Source of the DNA: an uncultured Pseudomonadota bacterium
GTDB lineage: Bacteria; Vulcanimicrobiota; Vulcanimicrobiia; Eremiobacterales; Eremiobacteraceae
Direction of reading: 5' to 3'
Assembly: GCA_963736005.1 (NCBI GenBank)
Contig: CAVTNB010000003.1
Span: 352,001-416,000 of the forward strand
DNA: 64,000 bases
Below, piece by piece: positions 19,843 through 30,016 of this stretch. Both the position numbers and the translations under genes were made by a program. Each line of letters opens with the position of its first letter. Within the stretch, counting starts at the first letter, position 1. Below the pieces are notes generated by a model, which worked only from the letters and a program-made list of their open reading frames with translations, was not told the DNA's origin and did not search any database.

Positions 19843-20231
19843 GCTCCATTTAAGGCCAGGGCTTGTTTTAACACCTTTAGGCCGAGTAGCGCGCATTTCA
19901 ACCGAACCGCCGATATTTGAATTCCCAAGTTCTCGAGCACTTCTTCCTTGCCGATCCTCTCGACCTCAGCGACAGTCTTGCCCTTCACCGCTTCGGTCAG
20001 CAGCGACGCCGAGGCCTGGGAGATCGCACAACCGCGGCCGCGAAAGCGGATGTCCTCGATGACCCCATCGCGCAGTTTCACATCCATGCGAATCTTATCG
20101 CCACACAGTGGGTTGTTGTCTTCGAAGGTTACATCCGGCGACTCAAGCGTGCCCGCATTGCGAGGATTGCGATAGTGATCGAGGATGAAGTCGCGATAGA
20201 GGTCCTCCATCCCGGTGAAATCGTCTTTCAT
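19830..20231 (-). CDS. sufU: Fe-S cluster scaffold/sulfur transfer protein (SufU/IscU type)
   Basis: ILDHYRNPRN, NPLCGD, GCAISQASAS, RLKCALL. Confidence 0.93.
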   Translation of the reverse strand: MKDDFTGMEDLYRDFILDHYRNPRNAGTLESPDVTFEDNNPLCGDKIRMDVKLRDGVIEDIRFRGRGCAISQASASLLTEAVKGKTVAEVERIGKEEVLENLGIQISAVRLKCALLGLKVLKQALALNGAADL

Positions 20232-20242
20232 AAACTATGCGT

Positions 20243-21514
20243 TCAATCGATCTTGAAGATTCGCTTGGCCTTTTCGATGCCCGCGATAAGGACGTCGATC
20301 TCACCCGGCGTGTTATAAATGTAGAATGAGGCACGCGTCGTGGCCGGCACGCCGAGTTTCTCCATCAGGGGTTGATTGCAATGATGGCCCGCGCGGACGC
20401 AAATACCTTCCCGGTCGAGGATGCTCGCCAAGTCGTGCGCGTGGATGTCACCGACCGTGATCGAGATGACGCCGGTTCGATGCCTGATATCGGGGCCGTA
20501 GATAACCACGTGCTTTTCCCGCGAGAGCTTCTCGAGCGCAATCTTCGCCAGGGAAATCTCGTACTCGTGGACGCGATCCATACCAATCGTCTCGAGATAG
20601 TCAACCGCTGCACCCAAGCCTACCGCCTCCGCAATCGCCGGGGTCCCTGCCTCGAATCGCGCCGGTACGTCAGCATACGTCGAACAATTGTACTCGACCA
20701 CATTGATCATGCCACCGCCGGACATGAAGGGCGGCATGGCGTCAAGCAACTCTTTTCTGCCGAAAAGAATCCCAATGCCGGTCGGGCCCAGCATTTTGTG
20801 TGAGGAGAATGCCATAAAGTCGCATTGCCAGTCGGTCACGTCCACTGGCATTCGCGGCACTGCCTGACAGGCATCCACCACGCTGATCGCCCCAGCACTC
20901 CGTGCTCTGGCAGCCAGCTCTTTCACGGGGTTGATCGTCCCGAGCGTGTTGCTCACCGCCGTGAAAGCAAAAATCTTGGCTCCTTGAAGCAAATCATCGA
21001 GCGATCGTAGATCGAGCAAGCCATCCGGCGTGATCGGCACGAAGCGAAGTTGGGCTTCTTTTTCCTGCGCGAGAATTTGCCAGGGCACAAGATTGGAGTG
21101 GTGCTCCATCTCCGTGAGCACGATGACGTCGCCGCGCTTGACGTTGTGCCGACCCCACGCATAGGCGACCAAATTGAGGCCCTCGGTGGCATTGCGCACA
21201 AAAATGCATTCGGCCGCGCAAGGCGAGCCGATGAACCGCGCGACCTTGCTGCGCGCTTCTTCGTAGGCTTCGGTGGCAAGCTCGCTGATGTGGTAGATGC
21301 CGCGATGGATGTTGGCGTGATAGCGACGGTAGTAGTCGTCCATCGCCTCGATGACTTGAACCGGCTTCTGCGAAGAGGCTGCGCTGTCCAAGAACACGAG
21401 CGGCTTGCCGTGTGGCCGCTCCCGCAGAATCGGAAAATCTTGACGGATGCGTGCGACGTCTGCTTGGGTTAGGGGCTCGCGGCGCGCGGCCGGTGCGGTG
21501 AGTGCGCTCTTCAT
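20243..21514 (-). CDS. sufS: Cysteine desulfurase (group II)
   Basis: LDSAASSQKP, ANIHRG, EHHSN, SSHKMLGP, FEAGTP, RAGHHC. Confidence 0.96.
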   Translation of the reverse strand: MKSALTAPAARREPLTQADVARIRQDFPILRERPHGKPLVFLDSAASSQKPVQVIEAMDDYYRRYHANIHRGIYHISELATEAYEEARSKVARFIGSPCAAECIFVRNATEGLNLVAYAWGRHNVKRGDVIVLTEMEHHSNLVPWQILAQEKEAQLRFVPITPDGLLDLRSLDDLLQGAKIFAFTAVSNTLGTINPVKELAARARSAGAISVVDACQAVPRMPVDVTDWQCDFMAFSSHKMLGPTGIGILFGRKELLDAMPPFMSGGGMINVVEYNCSTYADVPARFEAGTPAIAEAVGLGAAVDYLETIGMDRVHEYEISLAKIALEKLSREKHVVIYGPDIRHRTGVISITVGDIHAHDLASILDREGICVRAGHHCNQPLMEKLGVPATTRASFYIYNTPGEIDVLIAGIEKAKRIFKID

Positions 21515-21837
21515 GAGGACACCTCGATCGAAATCTTGCCATCGCTGATCTGCACGGGGTACGTGCGAACCGGACGGATGGCTGGCAAACGCGTTGCGAC
21601 CCCGCTCGTCACGTCGAAGCGCGCTCCGTGTCGGGGGCACTCGATCTCTTTGCCGATCAGTTCGCCTTGATCGAGCGGACCGCGGTCGTGCGTACACACG
21701 TCATCGATGGCATAGATCTGACCGCCGTAGTTGCACAGAGCGATCTGTCGCCCTTCGACTTCGACAACTTTGACCTTCCCCTCGGGCACGTCCTCGACGC
21801 GCGCCACTTCGACTCCCTGCGCCGGCATCGCGCTCAC
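21511..21837 (-). CDS. Rieske-type ferredoxin
   Basis: CTH...ECPRHGARFD Rieske ligands. Confidence 0.93.
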   Translation of the reverse strand: MSAMPAQGVEVARVEDVPEGKVKVVEVEGRQIALCNYGGQIYAIDDVCTHDRGPLDQGELIGKEIECPRHGARFDVTSGVATRLPAIRPVRTYPVQISDGKISIEVSS

Positions 21838-23027
21838 ACGCCGACGCGCTGGAGATGTGGCGCAACTTTGCCGCGCAACAGCTCGGTGACACTCGGTTCG
21901 CCAAATTTTTCAAACACTTCGCCAAAGAAGCCCTCGACGATGAGCCGAGCCGCCGCGTTCGGCGTGAGTCCGCGACTGGTGGCATAAAAGAGCTGCTCTT
22001 CGTCTACGGGTCCAACCGTCGCGCCATGCGTGCAGCGCACGTCGTCGGCTTCGATTTCTAGCATCGGCTCTGTGTCGGCGCGCGCGCCTTCGCTGAGCAA
22101 TAAATTGCGATTGGCCTGATAGGCGTCGCTGCGCTGCGCGCCGCGATCGATAATGATGATACCCGTATAGGCTGAATGCGAATGGTCGTCGAGCGCGGCT
22201 TTGAAGAGCAGGTCGCTGCGCGTGTTCGGCGAGCGATGTCCTTGCAGCGTGTGATAGTCAAACTGCTGCTTGCCTTCCGCGAACACGAGCCCAAGCATGT
22301 CGCTTTCCGCCCCGGAACCCATCAGCTCTACTTCGACGTCGGTGCGTGCGAGCTTCCCGCCGAGCCCAAAGTTCAGCGTGACGAGTTTAGCATCCCGGCC
22401 GATTTCGGCTCGCTGGTGAGAGAACACCACGCTGTCGCGTGGGCAATCTTGCACGTGCACGTAGTTGAGATGGGCACCGTCCTCGAGGATGAGGTCCACC
22501 TTCCCGGACGCGAGGCGCCCCGCGTGGGTATGTTGCTCCATGATCGTCGCGCGGGCATTTTTGCCGAGCACCACGAGCAGGCGCGGGTAGGGACCACCCT
22601 TCCAGTTGACCTGGATGGGCTCGGCAACGGTGGCTCCTGCAGGGACGGAAATGTATCCGCCCGCTTGCCACACGCTTTGGGCCAATGCGGAGAATTTTCT
22701 GAAAGAGACGCCCGTGTGCACGCTTGCGACAAGAGGCACGGGACCGCGAGCAACTGCTTGCGCAAGCGAGCTCGAGACCACTCCGGCTCGCTGATCCTGT
22801 GGCGAAATTGCAATGTCGCATTCGCTAGGAGCGGAGGGTTCGGGAGTAAGATCGATGCCGGCGAGATCGGTGCGCCGCCAACCCATCGTGCTCTCCGTGG
22901 GAAATGGAATAGACTCGTACTGCTCGAGCGCGCTCAATCTGGCCTCAAGCACGTTTTTGGGCTCTGAAGCCGAAAGTCGCGCGAGGTCGTCGCGCGAAAT
23001 CGGAGGTGTGGTTTTTGTCTCGGTCAC
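21834..23027 (-). CDS. sufD: Fe-S cluster assembly protein SufD
   Basis: [42 protein letters not shown]; lies between sufB and sufS. Confidence 0.93.
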   Translation of the reverse strand: MTETKTTPPISRDDLARLSASEPKNVLEARLSALEQYESIPFPTESTMGWRRTDLAGIDLTPEPSAPSECDIAISPQDQRAGVVSSSLAQAVARGPVPLVASVHTGVSFRKFSALAQSVWQAGGYISVPAGATVAEPIQVNWKGGPYPRLLVVLGKNARATIMEQHTHAGRLASGKVDLILEDGAHLNYVHVQDCPRDSVVFSHQRAEIGRDAKLVTLNFGLGGKLARTDVEVELMGSGAESDMLGLVFAEGKQQFDYHTLQGHRSPNTRSDLLFKAALDDHSHSAYTGIIIIDRGAQRSDAYQANRNLLLSEGARADTEPMLEIEADDVRCTHGATVGPVDEEQLFYATSRGLTPNAAARLIVEGFFGEVFEKFGEPSVTELLRGKVAPHLQRVGV

Positions 23028-23042
23028 GGTTGTTGGGTCGGG

Positions 23043-24459
23043 TTAGCCGACGGAGCCTTCCATCTCGAGTGCGATCGAGCCGGTTCAGCTCAACTGCGTA
23101 CTCCATCGGCAGCTCCTTGACGAACGGCTCAAAGAATCCGTTCACGATCATCGTCGTCGCTTCGACCTCGGTAAGGCCGCTGCTCATGACGTAGAAAAGC
23201 TGTTCCTCGCCGACCTTGGACACGGTTGCCTCGTGTTCGATGCGAACGTTCTTCGAATCGATCTCCATAGTCGGATAGGTGTCCGAACGGGATTCGGGAT
23301 CCATGAGCAGCGCGTCGCAGCGGACGTTGGACTTCACTCCGTCGCAGCCTTCGTAGACTTTGACAAGTCCACGATAGCTTGTCCGACCGCCACCCTTGCT
23401 GACCGACTTGCTCGTGATTAGGGATGTCGTATTCGGCGCCGCGTGCACCATCTTCGAACCAGCGTCTTGGTGTTGCCCCTCGCTCGCGTACGCGATGGAG
23501 AGCACGTCGCCGCGCGCTCCTTCGCCGACCATGTACACCGACGGGTACTTCATCGTGAGGCGCGAGCCGATGTTGCCATCCACCCACTCAACGTGGGCGT
23601 TCTTTTGAGCCATCGCGCGCTTGGTGACAAGATTGTAGATGTTCTTGTACCAGTTCTGGATCGTCGTGTAGCGAATGTGCGCGCCTTCCTTGGCGATGAG
23701 TTCAACGACGGCCGAGTGCAGCGAATTGCTCGAATACGTCGGCGCCGTGCATCCTTCGATGTAGTGCACGAACGAGCCGGGCTCGGCAATGATCAGCGTG
23801 CGCTCGAATTGACCCATGCTCTCGGCGTTGATGCGGAAATACGCCTGGAGCGGAACGTCGACGCTGCACCCCGTCGGGTACCCAGATGAACGAGCCGCCG
23901 GACCAGACAGCCGAATTCAGCGCAGAAAACTTGTTGTCGGCAGGCGGGATAACCGTGGCGAAGTGCTCGCGCACGATGTCTTCGTGCTCGCGCAAGGCTG
24001 GTATCCATGTCGGAGAACAGCACGCCTTGCGCTTCGAGTCTTTGCGGATGCTGTGGTAGACGACTTCAGAATCGTATTGGGCGGTGACGCCGCCGAAAAA
24101 CTTGCGCTCCGCTTCGGGGATGCCCAGACGATCGAACGTGCGCTTGATATCAGCGGGTACTTCTTCCCACGTCTTGCCTTCGACGTCGGACGCTCGCATG
24201 TAGTAGTAGATGTCTGTCGAAATCGATCTGGCCCGAGCACCTCGAGGTCTGCCCACAGCGGCAGCGGTTTGCTCAGGAAAATGTCGAGCGAGCGGTGGCG
24301 GAAGTCGCGCATCCACTGCGGCTCGTGTTTCATCTGCGAAATCTGCTCCACGATATCGTGGTCGATGCCCTTGCGCGCCTTAAAGCTATAGGTGTCAGTT
24401 TGGTCGCGAAAACCGTACTGATAATCTTTATCGACGAGCGTCTGCTGTTTGGTTGCCAT
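23043..24459 (-). CDS. sufB: Fe-S cluster assembly protein SufB, split by about six single-base indels (probable sequence errors)
   Basis: Consecutive fragments in different frames: [61 protein letters not shown], ending EMEGSVG-stop at 23043. Confidence 0.9.
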
Positions 24460-24465
24460 GATTTT

Positions 24466-25229
24466 CTAGGCCTCCACGAGCTCTTTGATGAGCGGATCGT
24501 AGCCCTGTGCTTCGAGTTCGTGCGCAAGTTCGGGACCGCCTTCTTTGACGATCTTCCCACGCACCATGACGTGCACTCTGTCGGGCTTAAGGTAGTTGAG
24601 AATACGCTGGTAATGCGTGATGAGCAGAATCGAACGCTCGGGTCCGCGCTGAGCTTCGATGCCTTCGGCGATGATGCGCAACGCATCAATGTCGAGTCCA
24701 GAATCCGTTTCGTCCAAGATTTCGAGCTCTGGCTGGAGCACGAGCACTTGCAGAATTTCAAGCCGCTTCTTTTCTCCGCCGGAGAAGCCGTCATTGACGT
24801 ACCGGCCTAGCACCGCCGGGTCCATCTTCAGTTTGGCTATTCCCTCGTCGAGGAGTTTCTTGAACTTCGCTGGCGCCAACGGGGCTGAGCCCTTGTGACG
24901 CGCCATGAGTGCGTTGCGCAGGAAGTTGGCGACCGACACGCCCGGAACTGCGGACGGGATACTGAAAGCCCAAGAACATGCCGAGCAGCGAGCGCTCCGT
25001 GGGAGGGAGCCCGAGAATGCTGCTGCCCTTTAAAGAGTATGTCGCCCTGAGTCACCTTGTACTTTGGGTGGCCCATGAGCGCAAGCGAAAGCGTGCTCTT
25101 GCCCGAGCCATTGGGGCCCATGAGCGCATGCACGCTGCCGCGGTCGATTGTGAGGTTGACGCCGCGAATGATCTCGGTATCGCCGACGGCAACATGGAGA
25201 TCGCGGATCTCAAGAAGTCTATCTGCCAT
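24466..25229 (-). CDS. sufC: Fe-S cluster assembly ATPase SufC, split by two single-base indels
   Basis: MGPNGSGKST, FLGFQYP, FSGGEKKR, LDETDSGLDID, ITHYQR in shifted frames. Confidence 0.92.
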
Positions 25230-25242
25230 GATTCCTTACTCT

Positions 25243-25309
25243 ATTGTACGGGTTTGGGGCCCAAATAGTCAAGATAAGTCTTGAAAATCTATGCTACATT
25301 CTATATAAT
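25243..25309. promoter_or_regulatory. Divergent sigma70-type promoters for the suf operon and its regulator, with a palindrome between the -35 boxes
   Basis: Plus strand TTGAAA(25281)-17-TATAAT(25304); minus strand TTGACT(25272)-18-TACAAT(25248); TCAAGA-taag-TCTTGA palindrome at 25269-25284. Confidence 0.7.
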
Positions 25310-25336
25310 GGCATTAGCACCCTCGCCAAACCTACT

Positions 25337-26026
25337 ATGAGAGAACAAAGCTTTTTTCAAACCACGCGTGGCCGCATCGTTCAGTCTCTGAAGGAGCATC
25401 GCGCCCGCACCGCCTCCCAACTGTCGCAAGAGCACGGCGTCACGCCCAATGCGATTCGGCAGCATCTTTCGCGCCTTGGCCGCGACGGTCTTATTAGCGA
25501 GCGGGCCGAGCGCCTTGGGCGCACCAAGCCGACCCTTGTCTACTCCCTCACAGAAGAGGGAGAACAACTCTTCCCGCAACGCTATCCATTGCTGCTCTCG
25601 GTGCTCTTGGACGAGCTGCAGCGCGAAGATGGTTCGGCCAAATTGAAAGCGCTCTTTGAGAACATCGGCAGGCGCTCGGCGAAGCGTCATGCTGCGCGCT
25701 TTGCCGGTAAGGATCTTCCCGAAAGGGTCGCCGAGCTCGCGGCATTTCTGCGCGAGCGCGGCGTGATTGTCGAATACGAGCGCACGCCAAACGGGTTTAC
25801 CTTCCGCGAATACAATTGTCCGTTCAAAGAAAATGTCAGCGCGCATCCCGAAATCTGCTCGATGGTTCACACGCTTATGGGGGAAGTGCTTCCCGGGGCA
25901 CCCCGCCAGACGGCCTCCATCGCATCCGGAGATAGCCGCTGTGAATTCGAGTTGAGCGCCGCTGCGCCAAACACAAGCAAGGCCGCCGCACCGGAGAAGG
26001 TGCGCGCACTCTCAGGGGAGCTGTAA
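25337..26026 (+). CDS. SufR-like HTH transcriptional regulator
   Basis: HTH (NAIRQHLSRL), YSLTEEG..FPQRY, three C-terminal Cys (NCPF, EIC, RCEF); divergent from the suf operon. Confidence 0.85.
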   Translation: MREQSFFQTTRGRIVQSLKEHRARTASQLSQEHGVTPNAIRQHLSRLGRDGLISERAERLGRTKPTLVYSLTEEGEQLFPQRYPLLLSVLLDELQREDGSAKLKALFENIGRRSAKRHAARFAGKDLPERVAELAAFLRERGVIVEYERTPNGFTFREYNCPFKENVSAHPEICSMVHTLMGEVLPGAPRQTASIASGDSRCEFELSAAAPNTSKAAAPEKVRALSGEL

Positions 26027-26433
26027 TGGATTTTCCAAAGTTTCAGGAACTTGTCACAAACCGCCACGGATTTGCCCAAATGGAGAACCCCAGTGCGACG
26101 GGAGAGTACTTCTCCGATTCGTGCGGTGACATGTATACGTTTTACGTGAAGATCGGCCCGGAAGAGCGGATCGACGATATAAGCTATTTTACGACCGGAT
26201 GCGGATTTGGCGTTGCGACCTGCGCCATTGTCACTTCCCTTGCTAAAGGAAGAACCGTTAGCGAAGCGGAGCAGATGACTCCGAAGGAAATAGAAGACTT
26301 CTTGGGTGGGTATCCTGAGAGAAAGCGCGACTATCCAGAACGCGTGCTCGAAGCGCTGCGCATCACCCTGGGAAACTACCGAAAGGCCGCACAACCGACA
26401 ACCGCGGCGGACTCGTTCTCCAAAATTCACTAG
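26026..26433 (+). CDS. IscU/NifU N-terminal-like scaffold protein (atypical)
   Basis: SCGD, TTGCG, LAKGRT..EA, LGGYP; TAATG overlap with the regulator stop. Confidence 0.85.
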   Translation: MDFPKFQELVTNRHGFAQMENPSATGEYFSDSCGDMYTFYVKIGPEERIDDISYFTTGCGFGVATCAIVTSLAKGRTVSEAEQMTPKEIEDFLGGYPERKRDYPERVLEALRITLGNYRKAAQPTTAADSFSKIH

Positions 26434-26616
26434 ATTTTAACTCCGCAGAGCGACCATAGGGGAGCTTTGAAGCGTTCCTTAGTCGAAGCGTGCCGTTTGA
26501 GACAAATGTCACATCAGGGCAGATGGCAGACCGTGCGTTCGCGGTCCTCATGAAACGTCAGCTACGTAATAGTGGTAAGAGAAGGAAGAAAGGATCGGCA
26601 CGCGCCGGTCAAGATC

Positions 26617-27018
26617 ATGAAAACGAATACACTACCGCTTGGGCTCCGTAACGGGGTTATCAGCACCTCCGACGACTCGATCACCATCGGGTCGCGCCTC
26701 GACGTCTCAGGCGCGCGCCGGTTCGCGCGTGCCGTGACCCGCATCGCTTTGCGAAAACCAGCTCATGCGGTTATTGATCTGTCTCGCACGCGGACGGTCG
26801 ACTCGTCGGGCTTCGGCGCGCTTGTGTCGGGTCTGAAAAGGCTGAACGAGCACGGCGCAACCCCCATCGTTGTCTGTGCGAATTCTTCGGTTCGCCGGCT
26901 GATGGATTTCGCGGGAATCTCGCGCACCTTCACGATTGTCGAACGCATGAGCGACGCGCGTAAAATGCTCTCACAAGCCGCCGCCCACCACACGGCAACC
27001 GACGCCCTCGCGTCATGA
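26617..27018 (+). CDS. STAS-domain anti-sigma factor antagonist
   Basis: IDLSRTRTVDSSGFGALV, VRRLMDFAGI. Confidence 0.88.
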   Translation: MKTNTLPLGLRNGVISTSDDSITIGSRLDVSGARRFARAVTRIALRKPAHAVIDLSRTRTVDSSGFGALVSGLKRLNEHGATPIVVCANSSVRRLMDFAGISRTFTIVERMSDARKMLSQAAAHHTATDALAS

Positions 27019-27179
27019 CCGGCATTAAAGTTTTCACCAGCCTCGAAGAAGCCCAAAAAGCAGGCTTTGTTGTTTTTGACCGCATCCCCGACGGCTATCT
27101 CGTGCGCAAGGATTTTGGGCAGACTTTCGCCCTCGCCATCGTCAAGCTCAAGCCATCAAAAGAACCGTCCAAGAATTAA
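27015..27179 (+). CDS. Small protein (54 aa), below the ORF-track cut-off
   Basis: MTGIKVFTSLEEAQKAGFVVFDRIPDGYLVRKDFGQTFALAIVKLKPSKEPSKN; ATGA overlap with the STAS stop. Confidence 0.7.
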   Translation: MTGIKVFTSLEEAQKAGFVVFDRIPDGYLVRKDFGQTFALAIVKLKPSKEPSKN

Positions 27180-27181
27180 AA

Positions 27182-27206
27182 CGCGCGAATGAATTCGCGC
27201 GACTAC
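27182..27206 (-). repeat. Family-B REP-like palindrome
   Basis: cgcgcgaatgaattcgcgcgactac. Confidence 0.85.
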
Positions 27207-27220
27207 ATTAGAGTGGGCGT

Positions 27221-29833
27221 TTAGATTTCGAGGTTGAGAAACGTCTCGACTACTTTTGGGTCGAACTGCGTACCCGAGCAGGCCTTGAGCTCGTCCTTCG
27301 CTTCGTCGCGCGTTTTCTTGGGGCGATAGGGACGATCGCTGGTCATGGCCACGTAGGCTTCGATCACCGAGAGAATCCTGGAAAGCCGCGGGATGTCTTC
27401 TCCCGCGAGGCCCTGCGGGTAACCACTCCCGTCGTAGCGCTCCTGATGATGGCGAACCGTGGTAGCAATCGCTTCGCAGTCGCGCAAGCTGCTCAGCATC
27501 TGGTAGGCAAAATCCGGATGCTTTTTGATAATCTCATAGTCTTCTTTTTCCAGCTTACCAGGTTTACTGAGAATGAGGCCGGGGATGGCAAGCTCGCCGA
27601 TGTCGAGCAAGGCTGCCGAGCACAAGAGCACGTGGCGCTGGTGGTCGTCCATCTCGATCGCTGTGGCATACTTCGCCGCCAGATGATTGACTTTGATCAA
27701 CTGTTCCCGTTTCGTGCGCCCTGCGTTGGCTAGGGCCGCGATGAATGCAGCAAACGGCTGCAGCTCGCCTTCGAGCGATCCGATGAGGTCATCTGTCTTG
27801 ACGGCTTGCTGGGCCTCGCCACGCTTCGCTGCGTAGAGCGCCGCGTCGGCGACGCCGACGAGATCTTCTCGGCCCTCGCATTCGTCAGGATAGACGGCAA
27901 CACCGATGGAGAGCCGAACCGGGATTGACTGGCGCTCAGTGATGTCAAACGGCTTTCGCGCAATCTCCGCATTGAGCCGTTCCGCAAATCGCCACGCCGC
28001 CTCCCGATCGGTGTCGGGTAGTATCGCGCAAAACTCATCCCCACCGTAGCGCCCAATCCCATCGGTCTCTCGCGCGACGCGGCGCAGTACTGCCGCCACT
28101 TCTTTGAGGACACGGTCGCCCACCGGGTGGCCGTACGTGTCGTTGAACGCCTTGAACTTGTCGATGTCCATCATCAACAGCGACACCTTGGCGTTGGAGC
28201 GTCGAGCGCGCTTCAACTCGTACGCCAGCCGCTCCTGAACGGAACGCTGATGCGGCAATCCAGTCAGCGCATCGTTGTCGGCAAGCTCCTTGGCGCGTTC
28301 GTACAACTTGGCATTTTGCACCGCGACGGAAGACTGCTCTGCGATGGCGTTGAGCAGTTTGAGGTGCTGCTCGTCGTATGCATGGGCGATGTACGATTGG
28401 ATTGAAATCGCACCGATGATGCGGCCTCCCACGTTCATGGGAACGGCAACAATGGATTGCACCGTGGTTGGACCTTCGCCCACTCTTTTGGTGCTGAGCT
28501 TATCGCGCTCTTCGGTGTTTCGCACTAAAATCGGCTTGCCGCTTTCGATCACACGACCGACGATCGTTCCTTCAATGCTGTGCTTGGCAGGTGGGAAAAC
28601 GCGTTCGCCCTCGACTAGGTATTCGAGCGTCACGTCGCTCTCGCCGTCACCCGAACGCAACGCCACAAAAAACAACGGCGCATCGATGACTCGGCGCACT
28701 TGTTCGTGAATTTTTGCAAACACGCGATGCAGATCGAGCTCGGATGAAACGGCACTCGCTACTTCAACGAGCAAGTTGAGATCGGCAGCGCGCTGGGTAC
28801 TGGCTCGCAAGTTCTTCAGGTTTTCCACCGCGACCGCTGCTTGTTCCGAAATAGCTGTGAGCAAATCGCAATCCGTCTCGGAATACGAGTTGGCGCGCGG
28901 GCTTTGGACCGAAAGAACGCCGAGCACTCGATCGCCGAGCTTCATTGGAACGATGAGTGCCGAGGCCGGGTCCTGCGCATCGCCCAGCGTGACCGATCGG
29001 ACGGTGTTCCAATCTTCAGGCCGGCGGATGATCACTGGATGTCCTGACTTGAGGACATCTCCCGAAACGGTGGTCAGCGGTAGCCGTACGCGTTCTACCG
29101 AGCGGCGCCCGAACTCCGCGCTGTATTCAATCTCAAGCTGATCGCCATCTGGGGTCAGCAGGGCGGCCACAAAGAGAGACGCGTCCATCACCCGTCCCAC
29201 CAAAGTGTGGAACTTTGCGAACAAATCGCTTAGGTCCAAGCCGCTCGAGAGGGCACGCGCTGTTTCGAGCAACAGATTCAGCGCCTTCGCGCCGTGCTCG
29301 CAGAGCGCTGCTTCACGAGTGATTTCGAGATCTTGCCCGACGTGCACGGTGACCGTCTCCAGCAGCGTGCCATCGTAAGCTGCCAGCGGCGAGTCAGATT
29401 GAATGACGCAAAAACCATTGATTGCCCCTGCGACGCGAATGGGTGCGACCATTGCAAAGGCAAGGCGGCCTCGCGTGCTCCGCGCCGCGGGGTCGATATT
29501 GCGAACGCCCGCCACGGTGGGGAGTTCGCAGAGCTGCTCGGACGCCAACGCAAAGGCCAACGTCTGCGCATCAAGCGGCTCGGCGACTTGGAAGTTTCGA
29601 TCGGCATGATAGTGATAGTGGACGGGACTTGTCACGTCTCGATCGATCGTCGCGATCGTGAGGCGCCGAATGCCGCGCGCAAACAAAAGCTCGTGCAGCG
29701 CGGCAAACGCCTTCTCGCCGGTGGAATGGGCGAAGATCGTTGCCACGCGCCCAAGGGCACGCAGTTGCTCTGCGGCGGGATCGGGTTGGCTTGCCGCAGC
29801 GGTGGGCTCGTCGATGCTCAGGTGGTGTTCCAA
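27221..29833 (-). CDS. GAF-GAF-GGDEF-HD-GYP c-di-GMP signalling protein
   Basis: Tandem GAF domains, DALTGL, DIDKFKAFNDTYGH, RETD I-site, GGDEF, HHQERYDGSGYP, RPYR; start codon uncertain. Confidence 0.92.
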   Translation of the reverse strand: MEHHLSIDEPTAAASQPDPAAEQLRALGRVATIFAHSTGEKAFAALHELLFARGIRRLTIATIDRDVTSPVHYHYHADRNFQVAEPLDAQTLAFALASEQLCELPTVAGVRNIDPAARSTRGRLAFAMVAPIRVAGAINGFCVIQSDSPLAAYDGTLLETVTVHVGQDLEITREAALCEHGAKALNLLLETARALSSGLDLSDLFAKFHTLVGRVMDASLFVAALLTPDGDQLEIEYSAEFGRRSVERVRLPLTTVSGDVLKSGHPVIIRRPEDWNTVRSVTLGDAQDPASALIVPMKLGDRVLGVLSVQSPRANSYSETDCDLLTAISEQAAVAVENLKNLRASTQRAADLNLLVEVASAVSSELDLHRVFAKIHEQVRRVIDAPLFFVALRSGDGESDVTLEYLVEGERVFPPAKHSIEGTIVGRVIESGKPILVRNTEERDKLSTKRVGEGPTTVQSIVAVPMNVGGRIIGAISIQSYIAHAYDEQHLKLLNAIAEQSSVAVQNAKLYERAKELADNDALTGLPHQRSVQERLAYELKRARRSNAKVSLLMMDIDKFKAFNDTYGHPVGDRVLKEVAAVLRRVARETDGIGRYGGDEFCAILPDTDREAAWRFAERLNAEIARKPFDITERQSIPVRLSIGVAVYPDECEGREDLVGVADAALYAAKRGEAQQAVKTDDLIGSLEGELQPFAAFIAALANAGRTKREQLIKVNHLAAKYATAIEMDDHQRHVLLCSAALLDIGELAIPGLILSKPGKLEKEDYEIIKKHPDFAYQMLSSLRDCEAIATTVRHHQERYDGSGYPQGLAGEDIPRLSRILSVIEAYVAMTSDRPYRPKKTRDEAKDELKACSGTQFDPKVVETFLNLEI

Positions 29834-30016
29834 ACTCCTTCGGTTCGTTCTCCATTCATTATCGGCAAAGCTGGCCAGCCGCCCATTGGGGCCTTGCGGC
29901 TTCTCACTTAAACCTCATCATATGCTATGGCCGCGGCCTGGGTCACAGTAGGGGTTTGGGATGCCTCGCGGCGTCACGAACCCCACTTTGGACTGTCTTA
30001 CGGATGGTGACCAATT

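Noticed and set aside
23043..25229. Programmed frameshifting or true pseudogenes in sufB/sufC
   Set aside because: Many scattered single-base indels, no slippery heptamers and otherwise conserved coding sequence fit sequence error better
26505..26580. c-di-GMP-I riboswitch before the STAS gene
   Set aside because: GGCAGACC resembles the start of the motif, but the GNRA tetraloop and receptor arrangement is missing
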